DNA of 64,000 bases, from assembly GCA_017442155.1 (NCBI GenBank), contig JAFSAU010000004.1, forward strand, positions 404 to 64,403. Direction: 5' to 3'. The DNA comes from Clostridia bacterium. GTDB lineage: Bacteria; Bacillota; Clostridia; UMGS1883; UMGS1540. Both the position numbers and the translations under genes were made by a program. The notes under the pieces were generated by a model. It did no database searches and was not told where the DNA came from. It saw nothing but the letters and a program-made list of their open reading frames with translations. The first letter of the stretch is position 1. The number at the start of each line of letters is the position of its first letter. Below are positions 27,635 through 35,705 of the stretch, in pieces.

Positions 27635-30600
27635 ATGTTTTATGAAAAGAGACAGGAAAAAGAACTGTCAAAGGAACTATTTAAAAATCCTACAGCGGAG
27701 TACAGAGATGCCCCTTTCTGGGCATGGAATACGAAGCTTGACGAGGAAATACTGCTTTCACAGGTCGAAATGTTCCGGGATATGGGCTGCGGCGGGTTCC
27801 ATATGCACCCGCGGTGCGGCCTTGACACAGAATACCTGAGCGATGCGTTTATGCAGTCGGTCCGCACGTGCGTGGATAAAGCAAAGACGGAGGGAATGCA
27901 GGCATATCTCTATGATGAGGACCGGTATCCCTCCGGCACAGCCGGGGGCAGAGTGCCCCAGGAACCCGAATTCGGAGGCGTCTATCTTTTGATGACGCCT
28001 TTTCGTCGTGAAGCCGAGAATAAGCGCACATACGGAAAGGAATATCTTATTGCGGCGTATAAAATTGAGCTCGACGATGATAACGATTTGCTCTTCTATG
28101 AACAGACAGAAGAAGAAAAGGCCGATTTTTTTGCATACTGCATACCATATGTGCATAACACATTTTACAACGGAAGCCCGTACGTGGATATGTTTAATCC
28201 CAAGGCTACGGAGCGGTTTATCGAGTTGACGTATTCCCGGTATAAGGAGACGGTGGGGGACGAGTATGGCAAAACTGTGAAAACCATCTTCACGGATGAG
28301 CCTTGTACGTCAATCCCCGGTTGGTTTTTCTATGCGTACCCCTTTTCCGGCGACCATAAAACGGACATAACCCTGCACTGGACCCATGATTTTCCGGTTT
28401 TGTACGAAAAGCTGTACGGCGAGGACCTTCTGGCCCTTTTACCGGAGCTGATATGGAGCCGTGCAGACGGCGCGCCGTCTCCTGTTCGGCATCGCTTTTT
28501 CGATATGGCGGCAGAACGCTTTGCAAGCTCCTTTCATGATGCCTGCGGAAAACGATGCAAGGAAGACGGGCTTCTCCTAACGGGACATCAGAACCGGGAA
28601 AATACCCTTTCCCAGCAAACCGGCATTATTATCGAAATGATGCGCGGTCTCCGTGCTTTCGGGCTTCCGGGCTTCGATATTCTGTATAACAGTGTGGAGC
28701 TTAATACCGCAAAACAAGCCCAGTCGGTAGCCCATCAGTACGGCAGAGAGGGTGTGATGACGGAGCTGTACGGTATCTCCAGCTGGGACTTTGATTTCCG
28801 CGGCTACAAATACCAGGGAGACTGGCAGGCGGCACTGGGGGCAACCCTTCGCGTACCGCATGTTTCCCTGATGAGCCTCAGTGGAGAGGCGAAACGGGAC
28901 TATCCGGCCTCCATTGCATATCAGTCGCCCTGGTATAAGGAATTCCGGTATATTACTGACCATTTTGCACGGCTTAACACGGCACTTGTGCGCGGAACGC
29001 CCGTTGTACACGTGGCGGTGGTGCACCCTGTAGAAACCTTCTGGATGCATGTCGGCACGGGAAAGAAAGAGGAAAATGCCCGTGCAAGAATAGAAAAGCT
29101 TTTCGGCGACGTTACGGAGTGGCTTTTGTACGGCCTTATGGATTTTGATTTTATCGCGGAATCTCTTCTCCCTTCCTTGTGGGATGGGGAAAAGGTCGGC
29201 AGTATGCAGTACGATGCTATTTTGGTTGCAGGCTGTGAAACACTGCGGCAAACGACAAGAGATATGCTGGAGAGCTTCAGCCATAGCGGCGGCAAGGTGA
29301 TTGTGGCGGGGGAGATGCCCCGGTATACGGACGGATATAAAGCGGCTGATGCGATTCCTTTCGCAGAAATGGTGGAGCTGTCCCGCGAGGGAATTCTTTC
29401 TGCGTTGGAACCGTACCGTGAGGTGGATATCCGCACCGATATCCGCGCCCGGATGCATAGTGGTAAGCGGACGGAAAAACTTTTGTATACGCTTCGTGCA
29501 GACGGGGAAGCGCGGTGGCTGTTTTTTGCGGGCACTGAGAAAATGAATTGTGTAGATTGCGACAGTGCGGCAGACTATACCGTGATGATAAAAGGGGAAT
29601 ATTTACCTGTACTTTATGATACGCTGACCGGGGAGACACATTGTGCTGCCTTTGAGTGGAAAAATGGAGAAACGCATATTCCTCTCTCTCTGTATAGCCT
29701 TGACAGCGTGCTTCTGAAGCTGGAAAAGGGCGGCACTCTGCCTGCAGAGGTACGAGAAGAACCTCGCAGACCTGTAGGAGAGACCGTATTTAAAAATGCG
29801 GTGCAGTACCGGCGGACAGAGCCAAATGTGTTACTTCTGGATATGTGCCCGTTCCGCCTGGACGGCGGCGAGATAGAACCCATGGAGGAAATTCTCCGCA
29901 TGAACAACCGGTGCAGAGAACGGATTGGCTGGCCGTTGCAAACCATGACGCAGGTACAGCCCTGGACAATCCGGGAAACGCACACACATTCTCTGGAGCT
30001 GTTCTTTACGGTGCGCAGTGCTGTCACCCTTGCAGGAACAAAGCTTTGTTTTGAAAATGCAGATAAAATAGTTCTGAATGGTGCAGAAGTGCCGCTTAAA
30101 GCAGATGGCTGGTATATGGATAAGGCAATACAAACGGTGCCGCTTCCTGCGCTGCACGCAGGGGAAAACACAATTACCGTCCATGTACCAATCAGCGAAA
30201 AAATAAACGCAGAAGCGATATATCTGATTGGAGAGTTCGATGTGCAGCTGCGTGGCAGTGAAACTCTGCTGTTGCCTAAGGAAGAAACGATAGGCTTTGG
30301 AGATGCCGCGGTGCAGGGGCTACCGTTTTACGGTGGGTCTCTGCAGTATATACTTCCGTTTTCGATGGAAAAGGACGGCAGCGCGGAAATTCTGTGCAGT
30401 GCGTACCGCGGCGCGGCAATAAAGGTATATATTGACGGAGAAGAAAAAGGACTGATTGTCAAGGCACCCTACACGCTGTCGGCTGATGGACTTACAAAAG
30501 GGGAGCACATCTGTACGCTGGAAGTGTTGGGGAACCGGCATAACACGCTGGGTGCACTGCATACTATCAATACATCGGTCCCATGGTGCACGCCTTACAA

Positions 30601-30688
30601 ATGGCGGCCTGAGCCGGAAGAGTTCAGCTACAGCTATCATACACATCCCTTCGGGATTCTGAAAACACCGGTAATACGGCTTTTTTAG
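27635..30688 (+). CDS. large signal-less glycoside-hydrolase-like protein, family unassigned (possibly GH106-like)
   Basis: 1017 aa from ATG 27635, with a weak RBS. N-terminus YRDAPFWAWNTKLDEEILLSQVEMFRDMGCGGFHMHPRCGLDTEYL...YLYDEDRYPSGTAGG. From memory this resembles proteins annotated as glycosylhydrolase-like jelly-roll proteins; this is unverified. No signal peptide. Confidence 0.4.
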   Translation: MFYEKRQEKELSKELFKNPTAEYRDAPFWAWNTKLDEEILLSQVEMFRDMGCGGFHMHPRCGLDTEYLSDAFMQSVRTCVDKAKTEGMQAYLYDEDRYPSGTAGGRVPQEPEFGGVYLLMTPFRREAENKRTYGKEYLIAAYKIELDDDNDLLFYEQTEEEKADFFAYCIPYVHNTFYNGSPYVDMFNPKATERFIELTYSRYKETVGDEYGKTVKTIFTDEPCTSIPGWFFYAYPFSGDHKTDITLHWTHDFPVLYEKLYGEDLLALLPELIWSRADGAPSPVRHRFFDMAAERFASSFHDACGKRCKEDGLLLTGHQNRENTLSQQTGIIIEMMRGLRAFGLPGFDILYNSVELNTAKQAQSVAHQYGREGVMTELYGISSWDFDFRGYKYQGDWQAALGATLRVPHVSLMSLSGEAKRDYPASIAYQSPWYKEFRYITDHFARLNTALVRGTPVVHVAVVHPVETFWMHVGTGKKEENARARIEKLFGDVTEWLLYGLMDFDFIAESLLPSLWDGEKVGSMQYDAILVAGCETLRQTTRDMLESFSHSGGKVIVAGEMPRYTDGYKAADAIPFAEMVELSREGILSALEPYREVDIRTDIRARMHSGKRTEKLLYTLRADGEARWLFFAGTEKMNCVDCDSAADYTVMIKGEYLPVLYDTLTGETHCAAFEWKNGETHIPLSLYSLDSVLLKLEKGGTLPAEVREEPRRPVGETVFKNAVQYRRTEPNVLLLDMCPFRLDGGEIEPMEEILRMNNRCRERIGWPLQTMTQVQPWTIRETHTHSLELFFTVRSAVTLAGTKLCFENADKIVLNGAEVPLKADGWYMDKAIQTVPLPALHAGENTITVHVPISEKINAEAIYLIGEFDVQLRGSETLLLPKEETIGFGDAAVQGLPFYGGSLQYILPFSMEKDGSAEILCSAYRGAAIKVYIDGEEKGLIVKAPYTLSADGLTKGEHICTLEVLGNRHNTLGALHTINTSVPWCTPYKWRPEPEEFSYSYHTHPFGILKTPVIRLF

Positions 30689-30740
30689 ATAAGAAACGGA
30701 CACTTTAAAAGTATTTTTGCTTTTGAAGTGTTCTTTTTTT

Positions 30741-30769
30741 TTGCAAAAATACCTGAAATATGTTATACT
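30741..30769 (+). promoter_or_regulatory. sigma-A type promoter with extended -10, upstream of the AraR-like gene
   Basis: TTGCAA (30741-30746), 17 nt, TATACT (30764-30769), with TG at 30761-30762. A second candidate, TTGTGC-17-TATAAT, lies at 30821-30849. Confidence 0.5.
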
Positions 30770-30801
30770 TATCCCGTATAACATACAGGATAATGTTATA
30801 C
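30760..30801 (+). promoter_or_regulatory. candidate operator: three exact copies of the 9-mer ATGTTATAC
   Basis: ATGTTATAC at 30760-30768, its exact reverse complement GTATAACAT at 30776-30784 (7-nt spacer), and ATGTTATAC again at 30793-30801. The first copy overlaps the -10 hexamer. Confidence 0.5.
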
Positions 30802-30870
30802 AGGAATTTGAGAAACTGTATTGTGCTCTGCTTTGAAACTATGTATAATGAAATCACGGGAGGAACAAGG

Positions 30871-32010
30871 ATGAAACAAAAGAGTCCGACGGCCGAAAAA
30901 CTTGCGGAAATAATCAAAGAGGAAATTGAAAAAGGAATTTTCGGAGAACCCGGCCGGCAATTTCTTTCTACGCGGCATCTGGGGGAAAAATACAGCTGTT
31001 CGCTGGTCACGGCACAGAAGGTGATGGTCCGCCTTCGGGAGGAAGGGATTATCACCCTTTCCGGAAAAAAGTACTATATGACGCATGGAAAAATCGGCAG
31101 GAAAACACCGTTTGCCAAGGTAAGGGGTGAAGCAAAGAAGCTGATCGGTTTTCATGTAACGAATATTGAAAGCCCGTTCTTTGCCGCCTTGGTGAAGGAG
31201 GCAGAACGGGCGGCATCGAAGCGCGGATATCGTCTGATTACAGCCAGCAGCCGTTACCATATGCATGAGGAAACAGAAATTCTGCGGACCTTCTGTGAGG
31301 TGGGTGCAGCAGGAATTTTGTCGTGTCCCGGCACGGGGGAGGGAACAGCATCCCTCTACAAAAACTACATTTTGCCCTGTGTGTTTCTTTGCCGGAAGCC
31401 GAGAAACATTCGGGCCGATGTTGTGCTGGTGGATAACTACAGTGCCGGTAAAAATGTGGCACGGCATTTGTGCACGGAAGGATACCGATCCTTTGCCTAT
31501 ATCGGCTTTGACAATCTGCAAAAAGGGGAGGATGAACGGTTTGCCGGCTTTTGCGCGGGGCTGGCCGCGGCGGGATACCGGCTTCCGGAGTCGCACGTTC
31601 TTCGTATCGATGCGGAAAAACCGGAAACGGCGGAGCGGTCCGCGAAGCATTTTCTCCGCACGTTCCGCGAGCCGGTGGCAGTTTTTTGCTTTCAGGACCT
31701 TTTGGCAGTGGAAACCTTCAAGGCCTGTCGGAGTCTGAAAAAATCCGTGCCGGAGGAGGTGGCCATCTGCGGCTTCGATAATCTGGCAGTTTCGGAGGTG
31801 ACGGCAAAGCCGCTCACCACCGTGGGATATCCCATCCGCAACATGGCAGAGGCGGCGGTGGACATGCTCGTCCGCCGGATGGAGGGAAATGAAAAGGCGG
31901 CAGAAGAATGTGCCGTAACGCCCTCGCTGTTTATCCGGGAGAGCACCCGGAAGGACGCGAAAAAACCGGTCGGACCGCTTATTGATTACAATGTACTGTA
32001 CAAAATTTAA
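30871..32010 (+). CDS. AraR-type regulator (GntR winged-HTH fused to a LacI/PBP1-like sugar sensor)
   Basis: ATG 30871 follows GGGAGGA. LSTRHLGEKYSCSLVTAQKVMVRLREEGII is a GntR-type HTH. IGFHVTNIESPFFAALVKEAE...ICGFDN is a LacI-type periplasmic-binding-fold domain. 379 aa. Confidence 0.75.
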   Translation: MKQKSPTAEKLAEIIKEEIEKGIFGEPGRQFLSTRHLGEKYSCSLVTAQKVMVRLREEGIITLSGKKYYMTHGKIGRKTPFAKVRGEAKKLIGFHVTNIESPFFAALVKEAERAASKRGYRLITASSRYHMHEETEILRTFCEVGAAGILSCPGTGEGTASLYKNYILPCVFLCRKPRNIRADVVLVDNYSAGKNVARHLCTEGYRSFAYIGFDNLQKGEDERFAGFCAGLAAAGYRLPESHVLRIDAEKPETAERSAKHFLRTFREPVAVFCFQDLLAVETFKACRSLKKSVPEEVAICGFDNLAVSEVTAKPLTTVGYPIRNMAEAAVDMLVRRMEGNEKAAEECAVTPSLFIRESTRKDAKKPVGPLIDYNVLYKI

Positions 32011-32039
32011 GTACAGTATAAAATAAAAGGAGGATACAT

Positions 32040-33071
32040 ATGGCAATTAAACACACGGCGGTGAGCTACTACGGTATGAATTATACCGAGCATGCCCGCC
32101 AGGACTTTGAGGAAATGCGCGCACACGGCTGTGATACGGTGGTGCTGGCATTGACGGAATTTGATATTGATTTCTGGTTCCCGAATATCAATGCCATCGT
32201 CCGGACGGCACATGAGGCAGGGCTCCGCGTTTTAGCGGATACCTGGGGTATCGGCAAATACTTCGGTGGTGAAAATGTCAGCTTATTTTTGCAGAATAAC
32301 ATCCATCACCGGCAGGTTTCGGCCTATACCGGTGAGGTGCTGAATGCCGCTTGCTTTGTGACGAATTCCTTCCGGGATTACTTCCGGAATATCTGTGTAA
32401 AGCTGGCGAGAGAAACGGAAGTAGACGGATTTTTCTGGGATGAACCCCATTATGCTCTGCCCAAGTCTTACGCATCCATCACCGGCGGTGCCGGCGACGA
32501 TTGGGCTTGCCGCTGTCCGGAATGTATGCGGAAGTTTGAAGCTTACTATGGCTATGAAATGCCGCGCTTTATGAACGATGACGTCAAGCAGTTCCGCTGG
32601 AGAGAAGCACTTTTCACACTTTCTGATACTTCCCGCGTTTTGAAGGAAATCAATCCCAATCTGGAAATCACCTGCTGCGTGCACGCAACGATGCAGTCGT
32701 ATTACGTGACAGAGCTTCGCGGCTATGATAACTGGGAAATGGTAGCGGCCTGCCCCTATTTCGACGTATTTTCCAGCACCATTATTAAATGGGATTTGCC
32801 GGAGGATTTCTTCCGCGATATAACGGAGCGTACAGTACGGATTGCGAAGAAATACGGCAAGGAATCTGAACGCTGGCTCATGGGATATCATCAGCAGCCG
32901 AAGGACTGGAAGCAGATTGACCGGATTGTGGATATGTACGAGGAAATGGGCGTGGACCGCCTGGCAACATGGACCTATCGCGGCGGCTACGGCACGGTGG
33001 TTTCTGCAAAGGATCCGATAAAGCTTTGGGACTGCATCGGTGAGAATTATAAAAGAGTTTTGAAGAAATAA
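32040..33071 (+). CDS. short cytoplasmic GH42-like (beta/alpha)8-barrel protein
   Basis: 343 aa, RBS AAAGGAGGA. FFWDEPHY (DEP at 32439-32447) is followed 20 residues later by CRCPEC (32508-32525). This resembles the GH42 arrangement of an acid/base Glu followed by a Zn-binding CxCxxC cluster. It lacks the GH42 trimerisation and C-terminal domains. Confidence 0.45.
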   Translation: MAIKHTAVSYYGMNYTEHARQDFEEMRAHGCDTVVLALTEFDIDFWFPNINAIVRTAHEAGLRVLADTWGIGKYFGGENVSLFLQNNIHHRQVSAYTGEVLNAACFVTNSFRDYFRNICVKLARETEVDGFFWDEPHYALPKSYASITGGAGDDWACRCPECMRKFEAYYGYEMPRFMNDDVKQFRWREALFTLSDTSRVLKEINPNLEITCCVHATMQSYYVTELRGYDNWEMVAACPYFDVFSSTIIKWDLPEDFFRDITERTVRIAKKYGKESERWLMGYHQQPKDWKQIDRIVDMYEEMGVDRLATWTYRGGYGTVVSAKDPIKLWDCIGENYKRVLKK

Positions 33072-33083
33072 GGAGGAAGAAAA

Positions 33084-33833
33084 ATGCGTGATTTCGGGTA
33101 TTTTAAAGCAGTTGTAGAAAACATGGAAAAGGTAAATGAGACCCAGGGGGAAAACATAAAGGCGGCGGCCGCACTTATGTTTGAGGCCATAAAGAATGAC
33201 CGGCTTATCAGCGTATACGGCGGCGGCGGTCATACCACGCTTCCCGTAGGCGAAATGTTTTTCCGCGCAGGCGGTCTTGCTAATATTAACCCCGTTATGG
33301 AAACGGGACTTTCCGTTTTCAATCAGGCACTCAAATATCTGGAACTGGAACGGACTGTGAATTACGGCGGTGCCATTATGCGGTACTACGACCTGAAGGA
33401 GGGCGATGTACTGATTATCTTCCATAACATCGGCATAAACCCGGCAACGATTGATGCGGCAATGGAAGCGAAAAAGAACGGCGTGAAAATCATTGCTGTT
33501 TCCAGCTCCTTCTGGCAGGACGAAATGCCGGAGGATCATTTTATCCGTCATCCTAACAAAACAAATCTCTTTGATTACGCCGATGTTTGTATTGACGACT
33601 ATAATCCCGTAGGGGATGCGATGGTAGAAATTCCCGGCTTTGAAACGCCCATTGCTCCGGCCTCCAACATTGTGGACTTTTATATTGCCCACCTACTGGA
33701 GATTGAAACCGTGGCCATGTGTGTGGATGCCGGTATAGCCCCGCCGGTCTGGTCCAGTGCCAATACGCCCGGCGGTGACGAGAAGAATGCGGCACTCCTG
33801 GCAAAATACCGTCCGAGAGTGAAGATGCTGTAA
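33084..33833 (+). CDS. SIS (sugar isomerase) domain protein, UPF0309-like
   Basis: 249 aa, RBS AGGAGGAAG. KAAAALMFEAIKNDRLISVYGGGGHTTLP and VLIIFHNIGINPATIDAAMEAKKNGVKIIAVSS fit the SIS phosphosugar-binding fold. Confidence 0.65.
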   Translation: MRDFGYFKAVVENMEKVNETQGENIKAAAALMFEAIKNDRLISVYGGGGHTTLPVGEMFFRAGGLANINPVMETGLSVFNQALKYLELERTVNYGGAIMRYYDLKEGDVLIIFHNIGINPATIDAAMEAKKNGVKIIAVSSSFWQDEMPEDHFIRHPNKTNLFDYADVCIDDYNPVGDAMVEIPGFETPIAPASNIVDFYIAHLLEIETVAMCVDAGIAPPVWSSANTPGGDEKNAALLAKYRPRVKML

Positions 33834-33848
33834 GAAAGGGTGACAAAA

Positions 33849-34508
33849 ATGGAAAAACTGCAAAAGGGACTTACGTTTCTTTTGGAAAAATATGCCCCCG
33901 GCAAGAGCGCAGTGCTGAAAAGCCGGGAAGCCGTGGAATTAGACGGAGTGGAAATTCCCCTTCTGCCATGGCGGTGTCAGCGCCGTTTTACGGAGCTTCG
34001 GGATTTGGTGCGGCAGGGAAGACTTGAGGATGTCAGCGTAATCCGGGTAAGTCATATTGCCCATCGTAGCACCCCGGTGTCTGCTATATTGCGGCGGGAG
34101 CTGGATATCTGCGCCTTCCTCCTTGATAGCCCTGCAAAAGTTGAGTATAAGGCCTGGGGGGGAGATACCGTCTGCAATATGGTAGCCACACTGGAAAATG
34201 GTGTTGTCTGCACAATTGAGGCCGCGGCAACCCTGCCCCCTTCGGCTACAGTAATTGATAAGCATGAGATAATTGCGCGCCGGGGCGTGGCCTGTGACCG
34301 GGCAGTGGACACGCAGGTGCCGCTGCAGTCCGTATATGTTTTTACCGAGGATGGCGAGGAGGCTTATACGGACACGGATTATGAGCTGTACGGTTTATCC
34401 GAGGAAGATGCGGCTGTTGTACGGCAGGCATTTCTGGCTGCCGTGGATGCGGAGTATGCCAAAACACTTTGCACGGCGGCAGAAGCACTGGGGAGGGCAG
34501 ATATATGA
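33849..34508 (+). CDS. Gfo/Idh/MocA C-terminal-domain-only protein (no Rossmann domain)
   Basis: 219 aa from ATG 33849. ELRDLVRQGRLEDVSVIRV and ELDICAFLLDSPAKVEYKAW resemble the start of the C-terminal alpha/beta domain of Gfo/Idh/MocA oxidoreductases. No glycine-rich NAD motif. The stop overlaps the next start (ATGA at 34505-34508). Confidence 0.4.
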   Translation: MEKLQKGLTFLLEKYAPGKSAVLKSREAVELDGVEIPLLPWRCQRRFTELRDLVRQGRLEDVSVIRVSHIAHRSTPVSAILRRELDICAFLLDSPAKVEYKAWGGDTVCNMVATLENGVVCTIEAAATLPPSATVIDKHEIIARRGVACDRAVDTQVPLQSVYVFTEDGEEAYTDTDYELYGLSEEDAAVVRQAFLAAVDAEYAKTLCTAAEALGRADI

Positions 34509-35581
34509 AACCGATTAAAATCGCAATGATGAGTATGACCCATGGGCATACAAGAAAATATTATCAGGTACTCCGGGACAACCCGAAGCTGGACTGGGTG
34601 GCCGTTTCCACAGAAAATGAAACGGTAAAAAAGAACTTTTTGAATAGTGTCAGCGGCATTCCGTGCTACGATAGTCCCGAAGAAATGTTGACGGCGCATC
34701 CGGAAATTGAGGCGGTTGTTTTAGCCAGTGCCAACAGTGAGCATTTAAAACAGGTGCGGCTTTGTGCCGAGCGCGGCATTCACATTCTTTCCATGAAAAT
34801 TCCGACATTTGACATGGAAGAATATGATGAAATGATTGCAATCACCGAGAAAGCCGGTGTCGTTTGCCAGGTGGAGCTGGAAATGCATTATAACCCGGTC
34901 GTTATGCGTCTGTGGGAAGAATATGCCTCCGGCAAAATCGGAAAAATGAAAGCCTTTCAGGCAACGAATATCACACTGTCGCCGGTATGGGCCTTCCCGT
35001 GGCAGGGCGTACCGGAGGAAAGTTACGGAAAACGGATACCGCTTTCCGAAACGGATTCCCGCTTCCGCGGCGGTGCACTTTGCGACCATCCCCATATTTT
35101 CGACATGATTCGTCATATGACGGGGAGTGAGTTTGCCACAATTTATGCACGCGTAGCCCCGAATATCCGTCCGGACCTCGAAGTGGAGGATATGCTGACG
35201 GTGGTGGGTACAATGCAGGACGGCACGGCATTTTCCCTTGATCCGTCCTGGTCAAGAATGGAAGAACGGATTTCCGTTCCCGGCCCCGGATGGGAGGTAT
35301 TCCCGAAGCGCATGGAGGTAAACATTACGCTCCACGGCGAAAAGGGTTCTATCCTGTCTGATTGCTTCGGCCCCAATGTGTATCATAACGGCGGTCCCGA
35401 TGACCGCTATACGGTGCAGTACACCTATTTTGATGAATGGGTGGGACTGATAGATGAGTTTGTGGAGTGTATCAGAGAAGGAAAACAGCCGAAAATCAAC
35501 CTTCGCTGGCATAAAAAGACGGTGGAGGCCATGAATGCCTGCTATGAAAGCATTCGCACCGGAAAGGCAGTTACATTGTAA
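34505..35581 (+). CDS. Gfo/Idh/MocA family oxidoreductase
   Basis: 358 aa from ATG 34505 (MKPIKIAMMSMTHGHTRKY...). N-terminal Rossmann-like domain, EAVVLASANSEHLKQVRLCAERGIHIL, and a C-terminal dimerisation domain. Confidence 0.7.
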   Translation: MKPIKIAMMSMTHGHTRKYYQVLRDNPKLDWVAVSTENETVKKNFLNSVSGIPCYDSPEEMLTAHPEIEAVVLASANSEHLKQVRLCAERGIHILSMKIPTFDMEEYDEMIAITEKAGVVCQVELEMHYNPVVMRLWEEYASGKIGKMKAFQATNITLSPVWAFPWQGVPEESYGKRIPLSETDSRFRGGALCDHPHIFDMIRHMTGSEFATIYARVAPNIRPDLEVEDMLTVVGTMQDGTAFSLDPSWSRMEERISVPGPGWEVFPKRMEVNITLHGEKGSILSDCFGPNVYHNGGPDDRYTVQYTYFDEWVGLIDEFVECIREGKQPKINLRWHKKTVEAMNACYESIRTGKAVTL

Positions 35582-35600
35582 GGAATTATCAATAGGTGGC

Positions 35601-35634
35601 AAAGCTTTTCCGGGAAACCGGAGAAGCTTTTGTT
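35601..35634 (+). terminator. rho-independent terminator after the oxidoreductase gene
   Basis: AAAGCTTTTCCGG-GAAA-CCGGAGAAGCTTT stem (one mismatch) followed by TGTT. Confidence 0.55.
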
Positions 35635-35655
35635 ACCCGGAAATAGTCTTTCCTC

Positions 35656-35684
35656 TTGACTTCGGATAGCATCCGTAATATACT
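35656..35684 (+). promoter_or_regulatory. sigma-A type promoter
   Basis: TTGACT (35656-35661), 17 nt, TATACT (35679-35684), 21 nt upstream of ATG 35706. Confidence 0.55.
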
Positions 35685-35705
35685 GATGGGAAAGGGGAAA
35701 TCGGA

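Noticed and set aside
3533-30870. Upstream start codons proposed by the ORF track for several genes
   Set aside because: The rejected starts are 3533, 4489, 7867, 8656, 14938, 17208, 18361, 21515, 27611 and 30760. The extensions lack RBSs, overlap upstream genes or promoters, or precede an obvious signal peptide or conserved N-terminus. Internal starts with GGAGG-type RBSs were preferred.
30796-33692. Long minus-strand ORFs (30796-32046, 416 aa; 32283-33692, 469 aa)
   Set aside because: Both are antisense to plus-strand genes with recognisable GntR/LacI, barrel and SIS motifs and good RBSs. The minus-strand products are Arg/Cys/His-rich with no motifs.
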